A stretch of 55,547 nucleotides of DNA, from assembly GCA_038325725.1 (NCBI GenBank), contig JBBQJG010000002.1:1-55547 (forward strand). Direction: 5' to 3'. The stretch's first letter is position 1. Each line of letters begins with the position of its first letter. Below, piece by piece: positions 34,198 to 46,396 of this stretch. A model generated the notes under the pieces. That model did not search any database. It saw only the letters and a program-made list of their open reading frames with translations, and was not told the DNA's origin. The DNA is from Polyangia bacterium (GTDB lineage Bacteria; Myxococcota_A; Polyangia; Fen-1088). A program made the translations under genes and the position numbers.

Positions 34198-35532
34198 TCA
34201 GGGAAAGCGGCCGCTCGCGACGAGGAGGTCGAGGCGCGCGTGGCGGGCGACGTCCTCGGCCTGGGAAGCGTCGCCCTCGGCGTCGCGCGCGCGGTGAGCG
34301 GCGTCGATGACCTCGAGGTTCGTGGTCGCGCCCGCCTCGTAGGCGAGGTTCGCGAGGTCGTAGGCCTTGTGCGCGAGCAAGACCTCCTCGCGCACGGAGA
34401 GCAGCGCCTGATCGGCGTGCAGCAGGGACTCGAAGGCGACGCGCACCTCTGATTGCGCCTGGCGAAGAGAGGCGTCGAGGTTTGCGCGGGCCTCGGTGAC
34501 GAGCGCGTCGCGCTCGCCGCCCACACCGGCGCGGAGACCGCCGTCGTAAAGCGGCAGCGTGAGGAGGAGCTGAGCCTGCCAGCCGATCTTGGCCTGCAAC
34601 GCGGAGCCTATCTGCACGAACGGCTGGCCCACGGCCGCGAGGTACGGGGCGTAATAGGCCCAGACGTCCTTGCGTGCGTGCTCGGCGGCCACGACCTTCC
34701 CGCGCTGGGCGTCGATGTCCGGGCGCCGCGCGCGGGCGTCCTCGAGCGCGTCGGGGAGGCTCGGCAGCTTCCCCAGATCGACGCCGTTGACGGAATCGAC
34801 GGGGGTCGCGCCGCCCACGAGCACGCCCAGCGCCTCGCGTGCGCGCACGAGCCCTGTGTAGACGGTCTGCAGCTGTACCTCGACGGTGGCGAGGTCTTGT
34901 TGGGCCCGCACGTCGTCGATGCTGCGGCCGACGCCGCCGGCGAGCCGCGTGTGCGCGTACGTCGCGTGGGCCCGGGCGTTGGCGCGCGCGGCCTCCGTCG
35001 AGCGGATCTGTCGGTGTTGCGCGAGGACGGAGAGATAGGCGTTGGCGGTCGCCTGCGCGATGAGGCGGCGCACGTCGCCCGCGTTCTCCTCGGCAACGCG
35101 GCGAGCGTCGCGTGCGCGGCGATCGGCCGTCCAGCCCTGCGGCGCGACGAGCGGCACCGTGAGCACGAGGTTGCCGGCGATCTGATTCTCAGCCGCGATG
35201 ACCTTCTCGTTGAGGACGCGGTCGTGGTCGAGCCGTGTGTAGACCCCGTTCCCGACGAGCGTGGGCCACCAGCCCGCGCGCGCCTGCTCGAGGAGGCCTT
35301 CGGCGCGCGCGACCTCGGCGCGGGCGATCGCCAAGGTCGGGTTGCGCGCGACCGCGCGGCGGATCGCCTCGTCGAGCGTGATGCGCTCGGTGGTGTCGGC
35401 GGGAGGTCCCGCCCCGGGGCCGACGGGGACCTCCGTCGCGCGCGCCGACGGCGCGGCCGCCACCGAGGCCATGACGAGGAACGTCCACGAGAGACGCCGG
35501 CTACGCATGAGCGCCCTCGCCCCTCGCGACAT
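34198..35532 (-). CDS. TolC family outer-membrane efflux protein
   Basis: Signal peptide (FLVMASVAAAPSARA) and two repeated coiled-coil/beta halves typical of OEP (NPTLAIARAEVARAEG...; ...LDLLVASGRFP). An alternative start at ATG 35508 gives an 8-nt overlap with the RND stop. Confidence 0.85.
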   Translation of the reverse strand: MSRGARALMRSRRLSWTFLVMASVAAAPSARATEVPVGPGAGPPADTTERITLDEAIRRAVARNPTLAIARAEVARAEGLLEQARAGWWPTLVGNGVYTRLDHDRVLNEKVIAAENQIAGNLVLTVPLVAPQGWTADRRARDARRVAEENAGDVRRLIAQATANAYLSVLAQHRQIRSTEAARANARAHATYAHTRLAGGVGRSIDDVRAQQDLATVEVQLQTVYTGLVRAREALGVLVGGATPVDSVNGVDLGKLPSLPDALEDARARRPDIDAQRGKVVAAEHARKDVWAYYAPYLAAVGQPFVQIGSALQAKIGWQAQLLLTLPLYDGGLRAGVGGERDALVTEARANLDASLRQAQSEVRVAFESLLHADQALLSVREEVLLAHKAYDLANLAYEAGATTNLEVIDAAHRARDAEGDASQAEDVARHARLDLLVASGRFP

Positions 35533-38500
35533 CGTCCGCGTCGGGCGAGGCCCCGTGGGCCCGCTTCGAGAAACGCTCGAGCGCCGTGTAGAGCGCCGGC
35601 ACGAGGAACAGCGTGAAGAACGTCGACACCGTGAGGCCGCCGATGACGGCGCGCGCGAGCGGCAGGTTCGTCTCGCTGCCCTCGCCGATGCCCGCCGCCA
35701 TCGGGATGAGGCCCACGATCGTCGCGATCGTCGTCATGAGGATGGGCCGCAGGCGCGTGCGCCCCGCTTCGATCGTTGCCCGGTTCAAGTCCATGCCGCG
35801 GTCGCGCAGCACGTTCGCAAAATCGACGAGCAGAACCCCGTTCGACACGACGATGCCGACCATCATGATGATGCCCATGAAGCTGTTCACCGAGAGCGTC
35901 GTACCTGTCAGGTACAACGCGACGAACACGCCCGTCACGCCGAGCGGCACGCTGAACATGATGACGAGCGGGTCGATGAGCGACTTGAACTGCGACGCGA
36001 GCACCATGTACACGAGCAGGATCGCGAGCACGCCGCGAACCCGAGATCGGCGAAGGCCTGCTTCTGGGCCTCGGTCTGCCCGCCCAGGTGCGCCGTGAAG
36101 CCGTCGGGCGGCGGCAGGTCGTCGAGGACAGCTTGCACGGCGGCGCTCGCGCCGCCGAGATCCTTGCCGGGGCCGACGTTCGCCGTGACGTCGACGATTC
36201 GCTGCAGGTACTTGCGGTTGATGACGACGGGGCCGCTGCCGCGGGTCACCTTCGCGACGGTGTCGAGCGCCACCATGCCGCCCGCGGGCGTGCGCATGAA
36301 CAGCGTCGACAGGTCGCCGACGCGCGAACGGTGGGCGTCGTCGAGACGCACGTTGATGAAGTACTCGTTGCCCGTCTTCGGATCGGTGAACGGGATGGGC
36401 TGGAACTGCGTGTTGCCGACGAGGCTCGTGAGCACGGTCTGTGCGACCTGCTCTTCGCTGAGGCCCAGGGTGCCGGCCTTCTCGCGGTCGACGGCGACGT
36501 CGAGCTCGGGGTAGTTGTCCTCGCGGTTGATCTGGACGTCGGTGAGCCAGGGCTTGCCGTCGACGTCGTTGAGCGCGCGCACGCGCGCGAGCACGCGCTT
36601 GGCGTACTCGGAGCCGACGTCGAGGTCGTGGCCGACGATCTCGATGTCGACGGGCGCCGGCGCGCCGAAGTTCAGGATGCGCTTCACGATGCCGCCAATG
36701 AAGAAGTAGGCCTGCGTGCCCGGCAGCGCGTCGCGCAGCTCGGCGCGCGTGAGCTCGGCGGCCTTCGTGTCCGAGATGTCGCGTTGGGAACGCGGCACGA
36801 GGTTCACCTGCACGTTGCCGGAGTGCGGCCCCGTGTTCTGCGAGAACACGGCCGAACGCCCGATGGGGAGGCCGACGTCCGAGATCATCGTCGTCGTCGC
36901 TGGTCGAGGTCCTGCTCGCAGGTGCTTGTCGGCCGCCTGCTCGATGCGCCGGCTCACCTCCTCGGCGTGCTCGACGCGCGTGCCGATGGGCGCCTTGAAG
37001 CTCACGGTGAACTGGGCCTCATCGGCGTCGGGGAAGAACTCGGTGCCGATGAAGCGTTTGAGAAACAGTGACACGGCGAACAGCCCGAGGATGCCGAACA
37101 CCGTGACGGCGCGGTGCCCGAGCACCCACCCCAAAGAGCGGGCGTACGCGGCGTCGACCGCCTCGAGTCTTCGGGTGATGACGCCCGCGAGGCCGCTCGG
37201 CTTGGTCTCGCCGTCGCCGCTCTTGAGCGTGAGCAGGCACAGAAGCGGCGTCACCGTGCGCGACACGAAGAAGCTCATCGAGAGCGCGAAGGTGATCGTG
37301 AGCGCGAGCGGCAGGAACAGGTTCCGCGCGACGCCCGTGAGGAATAGCACCGGAAAAAACACGACGATCGTCGTAATCGTCGACACGAGGATCGGCATGG
37401 CGACTTCCTGCGCGGCGGCGAGCACGGCGGCGCGCCGGTCTTGGCCGAGCGCGAGGTGGCGGTGGATGTTCTCGAGCTCGACGATCGAATCGTCGACGAG
37501 CCGCCCGACGCCGAGGGCGAGCCCCCCCAGTGTAAAAACGTTGAGCGTCTGCCCCGTGAAGTACAGGCACACGAACGTCGCCATGATCGACAGCGGGATC
37601 GCGACGGCGATGATGCCGGTCGAGCGCAGGCTCACGAGGAAGATGAGGATGACGAGCACGGCGAGCAGACCACCCGAGACGGCCTCGTGCTCGAGCGCCG
37701 ACACGGCGGCGCGGATGTAGTGCGACTGGTCGAAGGCGATCGAGAGCTTCACCGTGGGCGGCACACCGCGCAGCTTCGTCATCGTGTCGCGCAGGGTGTC
37801 GACGACGGCGATCGTGTTGGCGCCCGGTTGCTTGAGCACGCGCAGATAGACGCCGCGCGACCCGTTGACGCGCACGATCTCCGTCTGGTCGGCGGCCGCG
37901 TCCTTGACGGCGGCGACGTCGGAGACGCGGATTGCCGACGTCCCTTCCCGCCCGTTGCCGGCCGCGGCGCGCCGCACGATGACGTCCTCGAGCGGCTTGG
38001 CGCGGTCGACTTGCGTGTTCGAGAAGATGTTGTAGTCGCGGTCGCCGGCGCGCAGGTTTCCGCTCGGCAGCAGGAGGTTCGACGCTTTGACCGCCGCGAC
38101 GAGGTCGAGGATGCCGAGCCCGCGCGCGCGCAGCGCATCGGGCTGCGCCTCGACGTTGATCTGCCGCGTCTTGCCGCCGCTGACGTTCGCGCTCGCGACG
38201 CCGGGGATGCGCTCGAGCTGCGGCTCGATCGTGTTGTAGGCCAGATCGTAGAGCTGGCGCTCGTCGAGGCCCTCCCCCGTGACGGCGACCTGCGCGACGG
38301 GGATGTTCGTGATGTCGAACTTGATGATGAACGGCTGCTGGATTCCGGGCGGCAGCGTGTTGAGGATCTGCGCGACCCGCTGCGACACCTCGAACTGCGC
38401 GTTGTCGAGGTTGACGCCGTAATTGAACCAAACGCTCACCGACGAGAAGCCCTGCCGCGAGATGCTCTCGACGCGATCGACGCCCGGCGACGCGCCCGTG

Positions 38501-38709
38501 GCGCGCTCGATGGGCTCGGTGATGCTCTTCTCGATGTCACCCGGTCCCGCGCCCGTATAGAAGGTCGCGACGCGGATGACCGGGACGGTGATCTCCGGGA
38601 ACAGATCGACGCTGAGGCGACGCACGGACACGATGCCCAGCACGACCGTCATGAGCGACATCATGAGGATGAGGACCGGATTTCGGAGGGCGAGGCGCGT
38701 GAGCCACAT
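35501..38709 (-). pseudogene. Efflux RND transporter permease (AcrB/HAE1-like) with its reading frame broken near 36030-36037
   Basis: ORF 35935..38709 gives a typical RND N-terminus (MWLTRLALRNPVLILMMSLMTVVLG...) up to ...QAFADLGFAA, then becomes Cys/Ser/Arg nonsense. The frame offset by one base (ORF 35501..36031) continues with the conserved VLAILLVYMVLASQFKSLIDPLVIMFSVPLG...RLRPILMTT... block. Together they make about 1065 aa, a normal RND length. Confidence 0.85.
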
Positions 38710-38724
38710 GGCGCGTTCCTCTCC

Positions 38725-39906
38725 CTAGGGGCGACTGGCGTCGGGGGCGTTGGTCGCCGTGACGGCGCGCCCGATCTGCGCGCCCGTGAACGGATCGACG
38801 CCGCGCGTGGGCCGCACCTTCACGCCCTCGGCGAGGCCCTCGACGCCGGCCGTGACGACATCCTGCCCCGCGCGCAGGCCGGCCAGGACCTCGAACCAGT
38901 CGCCGCCATCGACGCCCGTCGTGAGCGCCACGCGGTGGACGATGTCGCCGTCGACGACGAAGACGAACGGCTTGGCGTCGACGAAGACGACGGCGCTCAC
39001 GGGCACGACGACGGCGGCCGGGTGCACTTCGACGACGATCGCGCCGCGTCCGTACATGCCGGGCCGCAGCTCGCCCGTCGGGTTCGCCAGCTGGACCTCG
39101 ACGTCGAGCGTGCGCGTCCCGGGGTCGAGCGACGGCGAGAGGCGCACGACCTTGCCGGCGTACGAGCGGCCCGGCATGGCGTCCAGCTCGACGTGCGCGT
39201 CCTTGCCGACGGCGAGTCCGCGCAGCTCGCGCTCGTTGACGCCCACGAACATGCGCAAGACGTCGACGCGCGCGACGGTCAGGATCGCGCCGCCGCCCGG
39301 CGGGCCCACGAGCGCTCCCGGGTCGAGCCGCCTCTGCGTGACGACGCCCGTGAGCGGCGAGGCGATGCGCGTCTCGCCGAGGCGCACGGCGACAGCGGCG
39401 ATCTGCGCCTGCGCGGCGGCCTGCGTGGCCTCCGCCGAGGCGACCTGACTCTCGGCCTGCTGCAGCTCTTGCTGCGAGATCACGGCCGAGGGCGCGAGGG
39501 CCCGCGCGCGCGCGAGGTTGGTCCGCGCGAGCGCCGCCGACGATTGGGTCTGCGCGAGCGTGCCGCGCGCGGCCGCGAGCTGATCGGGCAGGTCGCTCGG
39601 CCGCACGAGGGCGAGCACCTGACCACGCTTGATGTGATCGCCGCGATCGACGAGCACGGCGTCGAGGTATCCGAGCGTCTTGGCGCCCACGTCCGCCTGC
39701 TCGAGGGGCCGCAGATCGACGGGCGCGCGCACCTCGACGGGGACGTCGCGCGCCTCGACCCTCGCGACGATGACGAGCGGCGGCTGCCGCGCCGTCGCCT
39801 TCGTGGCGTCGGCGCCATGGCAACCAGCGACCGCGGCGGTCAATCCGACGAGGGCCACGAGAGCCGGACGACAAGGGAGAAAACGCAAGAGACGAGGAAG
39901 GTCCAC
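38725..39906 (-). CDS. Efflux RND transporter periplasmic adaptor (membrane fusion protein)
   Basis: Lipoprotein signal (ALVALVGLTAAVAGC). Typical MFP lipoyl/hairpin/beta-barrel blocks (GYLDAVLVDRGDHIKRGQVLALV; ARTNLARARAL; ASPLTGVVTQR). The start is probably GTG 39906; ATG 40002 would overlap the divergent gene. Confidence 0.85.
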   Translation of the reverse strand: MDLPRLLRFLPCRPALVALVGLTAAVAGCHGADATKATARQPPLVIVARVEARDVPVEVRAPVDLRPLEQADVGAKTLGYLDAVLVDRGDHIKRGQVLALVRPSDLPDQLAAARGTLAQTQSSAALARTNLARARALAPSAVISQQELQQAESQVASAEATQAAAQAQIAAVAVRLGETRIASPLTGVVTQRRLDPGALVGPPGGGAILTVARVDVLRMFVGVNERELRGLAVGKDAHVELDAMPGRSYAGKVVRLSPSLDPGTRTLDVEVQLANPTGELRPGMYGRGAIVVEVHPAAVVVPVSAVVFVDAKPFVFVVDGDIVHRVALTTGVDGGDWFEVLAGLRAGQDVVTAGVEGLAEGVKVRPTRGVDPFTGAQIGRAVTATNAPDASRP

Positions 39907-39962
39907 GCGAATGCCGTTTCTATACCAATTCACGGCGCTTCTTGCTGATACATTGACGGGCG

Positions 39963-41306
39963 GTGAGCGTCGACCTTCGAGACCTGCCACCGGGTGCCTC
40001 ACGCGGCGCGCCCGTCGTCATCGACTTCGAGGGCGAGCCCATCCGGGCCTTTGCTGACGAGCCCGTCGCCGTTGCCCTGCACGCGGCGGGCGTGCACACG
40101 CTGTCGCGCTCGCCGAAGTACCACCGCCCGCGCGGGGCTTTCTGCCTCGACGGACACTGCGCTTCTTGCACGCTGCGCATCGACGGGCGCCCCAACCGGC
40201 GCGCGTGCACGGTGCTCGCGCGCGCCGACCTGCACTGCGAGCGACAGAACGCCTTCCCGAGCGCCGACGTCGATCTGCTCACGGCGGCGGATTGGCTGTT
40301 CCCCGGCGGAATGGATCACCACACCCTGATGACAGGAAATCGCTTCGGGAACGCACTTTTCTTGAAGCTCGTGCGCGAAATGGGCGGCTCGGGCACGTTG
40401 CCAGAGGCGGTCCCTAAGGTCTTGCCCGCGCTCCGCGACGAGGAGGTCGACGTCTGCATCGTCGGCGGAGGTCCCGCGGGCCTTTCGGCGGCGCGCGCCG
40501 TCGCCGCCGCGAAGCCCGGCGCGCGCGTGGCGCTCTTCGACGAGCAACCGACGCTCGGCGGCTCGCTGCTCGCGCTGCCCGGCGGCGCGACGCGCGCCAC
40601 GGCGCTCGCCGACGCGGCCGAGACAGCCGGCGCGCGGTTGACAACGGGCGCGACGGTCCTCGCCTTCTATCCCGAGGACGAAGGTCCGGCGGGCACGCTT
40701 GGAGTCCTCGCGATCGCGACGTCCGAGGGTCTGCGCCGCCTCTCGGCGCGGCGTTTCTTGTACGCGACGGGCAGCTACGACCAGAACCTGCCCTTCGTCG
40801 ACAACGATCGGCCGGGCATCCTGTCGGCGCGCGCCGTGGGACGGCTCGCCTTCCAGTGGGGCGTGCGCCCCGTGCCGCGCGACGCGCGCGTCATCGTCGT
40901 CGACGGCGCGCCGACGGCCGGCCCGCTCGCGCGCGGCCTCGTCGCGGCGGGGGTGAAGGTCGAGGTCGTCGACCTCGCGCGCGATCGCGTCGTCGCCGCG
41001 CGCGGCACGCAGCGCGTGCGCGGCCTCGTCGTCAAGGGCCCGTCTGGCCGCGAGCGCCGCATCGACGGAGACGTCGTCGCGATCGCGACGCTGCCGGCGC
41101 CCGCCTCCGAGCTGCCGCGCCAGCACGGCGCACAGGTGCGGCTCGAACGAGCGCGCGGCGGCTTCGTCGCCCTGGTCGACGACGCGTACGCGACGTCCGC
41201 GCAGCACGTCTTCGCCGCCGGAGACGTCACCGGTTACCGAGGTCCCGAGGATTCCGCCACCGCGGGCGCCGCCGCCGGCCGCGCCGTCGCCGCCACATTG
41301 GAGTGA
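39963..41306 (+). CDS. Fusion of a SoxA/HcnA-type 2Fe-2S (Fer2_4-like) N-domain with an FAD/NAD(P)-binding oxidoreductase (HcnB/OoxA-like)
   Basis: GTG 39963. IDFEGEPIRAFADEPVAVALHAAGVHTLSRSPKYHRPRGAFCLDGHCASCTLRIDGRPNRRAC, then VDVCIVGGGPAGLSAA...LFDEQPTLGGS and a second dinucleotide fold, and a C-terminal FAAGDVTG. Confidence 0.75.
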   Translation: MSVDLRDLPPGASRGAPVVIDFEGEPIRAFADEPVAVALHAAGVHTLSRSPKYHRPRGAFCLDGHCASCTLRIDGRPNRRACTVLARADLHCERQNAFPSADVDLLTAADWLFPGGMDHHTLMTGNRFGNALFLKLVREMGGSGTLPEAVPKVLPALRDEEVDVCIVGGGPAGLSAARAVAAAKPGARVALFDEQPTLGGSLLALPGGATRATALADAAETAGARLTTGATVLAFYPEDEGPAGTLGVLAIATSEGLRRLSARRFLYATGSYDQNLPFVDNDRPGILSARAVGRLAFQWGVRPVPRDARVIVVDGAPTAGPLARGLVAAGVKVEVVDLARDRVVAARGTQRVRGLVVKGPSGRERRIDGDVVAIATLPAPASELPRQHGAQVRLERARGGFVALVDDAYATSAQHVFAAGDVTGYRGPEDSATAGAAAGRAVAATLE

Positions 41307-41316
41307 GCCCGAGCCC

Positions 41317-42783
41317 ATGCCCATGTCATCGATGCCATCGAAACCGTCTTCTTTCGCTTCGGTCCTGGCCCTCGCCTCTCTCGCAGGGCTCTTGGCCTGC
41401 GCCGCGCCCGCGCCTCCACCGCCCGTGACGCCGGCCGAGGCGGTCGCGAGCCCGGTCGTTCAACCTCCGCCCTTCGCGCCGCGCGGTCCCGCGCCCACGA
41501 AGGAGGCCGCCGCGAACCACCGCCGCGCGCAGCGGACGGCGATCCTCGACGCCGCCTGGCGCACCGTGCGCGACAAGCACTACGACAAGACGCTGGGCGG
41601 CCTCGACTGGAACGCCGTACGCGCGCGCTACGAACCCCTCGCCCTCGCGGCCCCGTCCGAGGCGGCCTTCTATCGCGTGCTGAACCAGATGCTCGGTGAA
41701 GTTGGCCAGTCGCACATGATGATCACGGGCCCCGGCGCCGAGGACGAAGACGATATCGAGGAGCTGGCTGATCCTGGCGAGACCGCGGGCGGCGCGTCCG
41801 CCGCCGTCCCGTCGCCCTCGGGCGCCATCGGAGATCCCGGCCTCACCGTGCGGGTCATCGAGGGCCGGCCGACGATCTCCGACGTGCGCAAGGGCTCGGC
41901 CGCCGAGCGCGCCGGCCTGCAGCCCGGCTTCATCGTGACTCACATCGCGGGCCGCGCGCTCAAGGTCACGAGCGATTCGGCCCGCCCGATGCGCCCCGTC
42001 GAGGAGCGCTTCGCCGTGCGTCGCCTCGCGCTGCGCCGGCTCCTCGGCCTCGCCGGCACGCGCGTGACCGTCCGCTACCTCGACAACGCCGACAAGCCCG
42101 GGCACGTCGTCCTCGTGCGCGACGAGCCCGCCGTGCCGCCCGTGCGCATCGGCCACCTGCCGCCGCTGTATCCCGAAGTGCACTCGCGCCAGCGCGGCGA
42201 CGTCGGCATCATCGCGTTCAACGTATTCCTCGTCGACCCGGTGCTCACCGAGATCAAGAAGGCCATCGACGGCTTCCGCACGCGCGGTGCCCGCGCCCTC
42301 ATCCTCGATCTGCGCGGCAATCCCGGCGGCCAGGCGGCCATCACGATTCCCATCGCGGCGCGGCTCGTCGACGCCCCTCTCACGCTCGGCACGATCCAGT
42401 TCCGCGACTTCATGCAGACGCTCGTCGCGCGGCCCGAGGCGGGCGTGACGCCGTTCCTGGGTCCGGTCGCGATCCTCACCGACGAGGGCACGGCCTCGGC
42501 CTCCGAGCTGCTCGCGGCGGGTCTGCAGGAGGCGAAGCGCGCTGTCGTCGTAGGCGACTCGACGCTCGGCGCCGCGCTGCCGTCGGTGATCGAATCATTG
42601 CCGGGCGGCGCCGTCATGCAGTACGTCGTCGCCGATTTCAAGACGCCCAAGGGCGTCATGCTCGAGGGCCGCGGCGTCCAGCCCGACAAGCGCGTGCTCG
42701 AGACGCGCGCGAGCCTGCGCACCGGACACGATCCCGTCCTTGACGCCGCCCTCGTGGCCGTCAGAGCATCGCGGGCTCGATGA
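41317..42783 (+). CDS. S41 family (C-terminal processing/tail-specific) peptidase lipoprotein with PDZ domain
   Basis: Lipobox (LASLAGLLAC). PDZ-like GLTVRVIEGRPTISDVRKGSAAERAGLQPGFIVTHIAG. ALILDLRGNPGG. ILTDEGTASASELLAAGLQ (catalytic Ser context). Confidence 0.85.
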   Translation: MPMSSMPSKPSSFASVLALASLAGLLACAAPAPPPPVTPAEAVASPVVQPPPFAPRGPAPTKEAAANHRRAQRTAILDAAWRTVRDKHYDKTLGGLDWNAVRARYEPLALAAPSEAAFYRVLNQMLGEVGQSHMMITGPGAEDEDDIEELADPGETAGGASAAVPSPSGAIGDPGLTVRVIEGRPTISDVRKGSAAERAGLQPGFIVTHIAGRALKVTSDSARPMRPVEERFAVRRLALRRLLGLAGTRVTVRYLDNADKPGHVVLVRDEPAVPPVRIGHLPPLYPEVHSRQRGDVGIIAFNVFLVDPVLTEIKKAIDGFRTRGARALILDLRGNPGGQAAITIPIAARLVDAPLTLGTIQFRDFMQTLVARPEAGVTPFLGPVAILTDEGTASASELLAAGLQEAKRAVVVGDSTLGAALPSVIESLPGGAVMQYVVADFKTPKGVMLEGRGVQPDKRVLETRASLRTGHDPVLDAALVAVRASRAR

Positions 42784-43649
42784 TGATGAAAACACGCGCC
42801 TTTAGTTTTGTTTCGGTCGTCTTGCTCGGCGCCCTCGCTTCGGCGGGCGCGGCGCACGCCGCGCCCGCCAAGAAGATCCCCGACGGGCCCGCCGTCGCCG
42901 GCGCGCCCCGCGCCGTCGAGGCCATCCTCGCCGACGTCGTCACGGCGATGGGGGGCGAGGCCGCGTGGAAGAGCCACTCGACGATGGTCGAGAAAATCGA
43001 GCTCACGATCGCGGGGCTCGGCATGAACGGGACGGGCGAGCGCACGTCGACGAAGGACGACAAATCGTTGCTGACGACGCAGCTCCCTGGCATCGGGACC
43101 TCCCGCCAGGGCTCGAACGGCAAGGTCCTGTGGTCCGAGGATCCCATCAACGGGCTGCGCGTGCTCGCGGGCGCCGAGGCCGAGGCCGCGCGCGTCGAGT
43201 CGGCGTGGGCGCCGGAGCTGCACTTCGCGACGATGTTCAAGAAGATCGCAGCGACGAACGCCACCGGCCCCGGCGGCGTCGCGCTCGAGTGCCTCCTGCT
43301 CACGCCGCACGAGGGCTCGCCGATCACGAACTGCTACGACGCCAAGACGCACCTTCAAGTGTTGCAAAAGGGAACGCACCCAACACCCCAGGGCGACACG
43401 CCTTTTACATCGACCGTCAAGGACTGGCACGACGTCGGTGGGTTGAAGATGCCGTTCGCCGTCGAGACGACGACGGGGCCGATCACGTTCTCGCTGCACA
43501 TCACGGACTGCAAGCTCGACGTCCCCGTCGACGACAAGCTGTTCGACCCGCCGGCGGGCGCGAGCGCCAAGAGCAAGGCGAAGAAGCCGGCGAAGGTGAA
43601 GGCGGCGGCAAAGGCAAAGGCAAAGACGAAGGCCAAGGCCAAGCCCTGA
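42780..43649 (+). CDS. Secreted hypothetical protein (LolA/LppX-like fold guess) with Lys/Ala-rich C-terminal tail
   Basis: An ATGA overlap with the S41 stop. Signal peptide ([18 protein letters not shown]). The tail reads [27 protein letters not shown]. The fold assignment is speculative. Confidence 0.55.
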   Translation: MMMKTRAFSFVSVVLLGALASAGAAHAAPAKKIPDGPAVAGAPRAVEAILADVVTAMGGEAAWKSHSTMVEKIELTIAGLGMNGTGERTSTKDDKSLLTTQLPGIGTSRQGSNGKVLWSEDPINGLRVLAGAEAEAARVESAWAPELHFATMFKKIAATNATGPGGVALECLLLTPHEGSPITNCYDAKTHLQVLQKGTHPTPQGDTPFTSTVKDWHDVGGLKMPFAVETTTGPITFSLHITDCKLDVPVDDKLFDPPAGASAKSKAKKPAKVKAAAKAKAKTKAKAKP

Positions 43650-43662
43650 CGAAAGTGCGCGC

Positions 43663-43935
43663 GTGTCCTCCAAGGTGATTCTTTGTCGCTGCGAGGACGT
43701 CACGCTCGCCGACGTTCAGCACGCCGTCGCCGCCGGCTACGCCGACCTCGAGGAGGTGAAGCGGTACACCGGCTTTGGCACGGGCCCCTGCCAGGGCAAG
43801 GAGTGTCTGCGAGAGGTCGCGTTGGCGATCGCCGACGCCGCGGGCCGCCCACCCCGCGAGCTCGCGCCGTTCACGTCGCGCCCCCCGCTCGTGCCGACGG
43901 AGCTCAAGGTCTTCGCGGCGCGCCGCCCGCGCTGA
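43663..43935 (+). CDS. BFD-like [2Fe-2S]-binding small protein
   Basis: GTG 43663. [13 protein letters not shown]...[14 protein letters not shown] is the four-Cys pattern of BFD-like domains found inside HcnB/OoxA-type subunits. Confidence 0.7.
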   Translation: MSSKVILCRCEDVTLADVQHAVAAGYADLEEVKRYTGFGTGPCQGKECLREVALAIADAAGRPPRELAPFTSRPPLVPTELKVFAARRPR

Positions 43936-43952
43936 GGGAACAACCAAGAACC

Positions 43953-45167
<1,215 letters not shown>

Positions 45168-45191
45168 GGCCGCCGGCTCAAGGGGATGACG

Positions 45192-45794
45192 TCAGCGCGT
45201 GGCGACGGGCTTCGGCGCGGGCAGCTCGCAGTGCGACGCTAAATCCTGGCGCGCGTCGTCGGCGAACGAGACGACGTCCTTCTTGTGCATCGCGGGCTCG
45301 TGCGCGGCCTGCGCCCAGACCTCGCGCGCATGCGCGCACGCGCCGTGGCGCGCGAGCAACGACACGAGGCTGAGGCGCACGCGGATGAAGCCCGGGTTCT
45401 CGCTCACCTCGCGCTCGAGGACGCGCCGCGCGTCGACGAGCTTGCCGACCTTCTCGTAGGCGCTCGCGAGATCGATCGCCTCGGCCCCGTCGGCCTCGAG
45501 CGAGCCGCGCACGGCCTTCTCCAGCAGCGGGATCGCGACCTTGGGCCGTCCGAGCTTCAGCTCGAGCGCGCCCGCGCGCCAACACGACTCACTGTCCTTG
45601 GGATCGAAGCGCAGCGCCGTTCGGTACTCGACGAGCGCGGCGCCGAAGTTCCTGGACCGCTCGAGCTCGCGCGCGCGGCTGCGATGCTCGAAGGCCTGGT
45701 CGGAATTGTCGGCGCGGGCCACGCCCGAAGCGACGACCGCCAAGGCCACGAAGCCAGCCACGAAACCGAACAGCCACGGACGAGCGCGGGTCAT
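45192..45794 (-). CDS. TPR repeat protein with N-terminal signal/anchor
   Basis: ATG 45794 (or 45803). Hydrophobic N-terminus (WLFGFVAGFVALAVVASGVARA). TPR-like helices (ALVEYRTALRFDPKD..., LASAYEKVGKLVDARRVLE). Confidence 0.6.
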   Translation of the reverse strand: MTRARPWLFGFVAGFVALAVVASGVARADNSDQAFEHRSRARELERSRNFGAALVEYRTALRFDPKDSESCWRAGALELKLGRPKVAIPLLEKAVRGSLEADGAEAIDLASAYEKVGKLVDARRVLEREVSENPGFIRVRLSLVSLLARHGACAHAREVWAQAAHEPAMHKKDVVSFADDARQDLASHCELPAPKPVATR

Positions 45795-45913
45795 GTGGGG
45801 CATTCTGCCGAAATCCCCTGCCGCAAAAAAAGGGGCGCCGATGCACACCCCGAAACCCCAGGCGTGGCCCGGCGTTCGGCGCGGCTTTATGCGCGCGACG
45901 CCAGGGGTGGACC

Positions 45914-46339
45914 TTACGCGCTCGGCTTCACGAGCCGCGAATAGATGAGCTGACCGAGGCTGTCGACCATCATCTTCTCGACGAAGCGCTCGAGGTCGCG
46001 ACGCTGATCGCCGCTGTCGTAGACGAAGCGGATGCCCATGCCCGGCTCGTGGCCCGGCGCCGCCTGTGGCGGCAGCGGCTCGCCCTCCTTCACGATCCAG
46101 CGAACCTCGCCCCGCAATTCGAGCGGATCCGGCTGCTGCGGAACGGTGAGCTTGAACAAGAAGACGGTGCCGATGCCGAGGGGCCGCTCCGTCTTGATGA
46201 AGGTGCCACCCTTGGAGATGTTCTTCGTGTAATCGTAGAAGAACGTGTTGAGACGCTTGTACTCGACCTTGAGCTCGATCGGCGCGCGCGCTTCGTGGCG
46301 TCGGTCGCTGTCATCTGTGGCATCCGACGTTCCCGACAT
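45914..46339 (-). CDS. PilZ domain (c-di-GMP receptor-type) protein
   Basis: ATG 46339. It contains RRHEAR (RxxxR) and NISKGG ((D/N)xSxxG). 141 aa. Confidence 0.8.
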   Translation of the reverse strand: MSGTSDATDDSDRRHEARAPIELKVEYKRLNTFFYDYTKNISKGGTFIKTERPLGIGTVFLFKLTVPQQPDPLELRGEVRWIVKEGEPLPPQAAPGHEPGMGIRFVYDSGDQRRDLERFVEKMMVDSLGQLIYSRLVKPSA

Positions 46340-46396
46340 TCGGCGCGTCTCCGTCCCCTCCCGAATCGCGCGGCACGCGAGACGGCGAGTGTTTCC

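Noticed and set aside
36020-36045. Programmed ribosomal frameshift in the RND gene.
   Set aside because: There is no slippery heptamer or obvious downstream stimulatory structure at the junction. A simple indel (real or sequencing-derived) is the more economical explanation.
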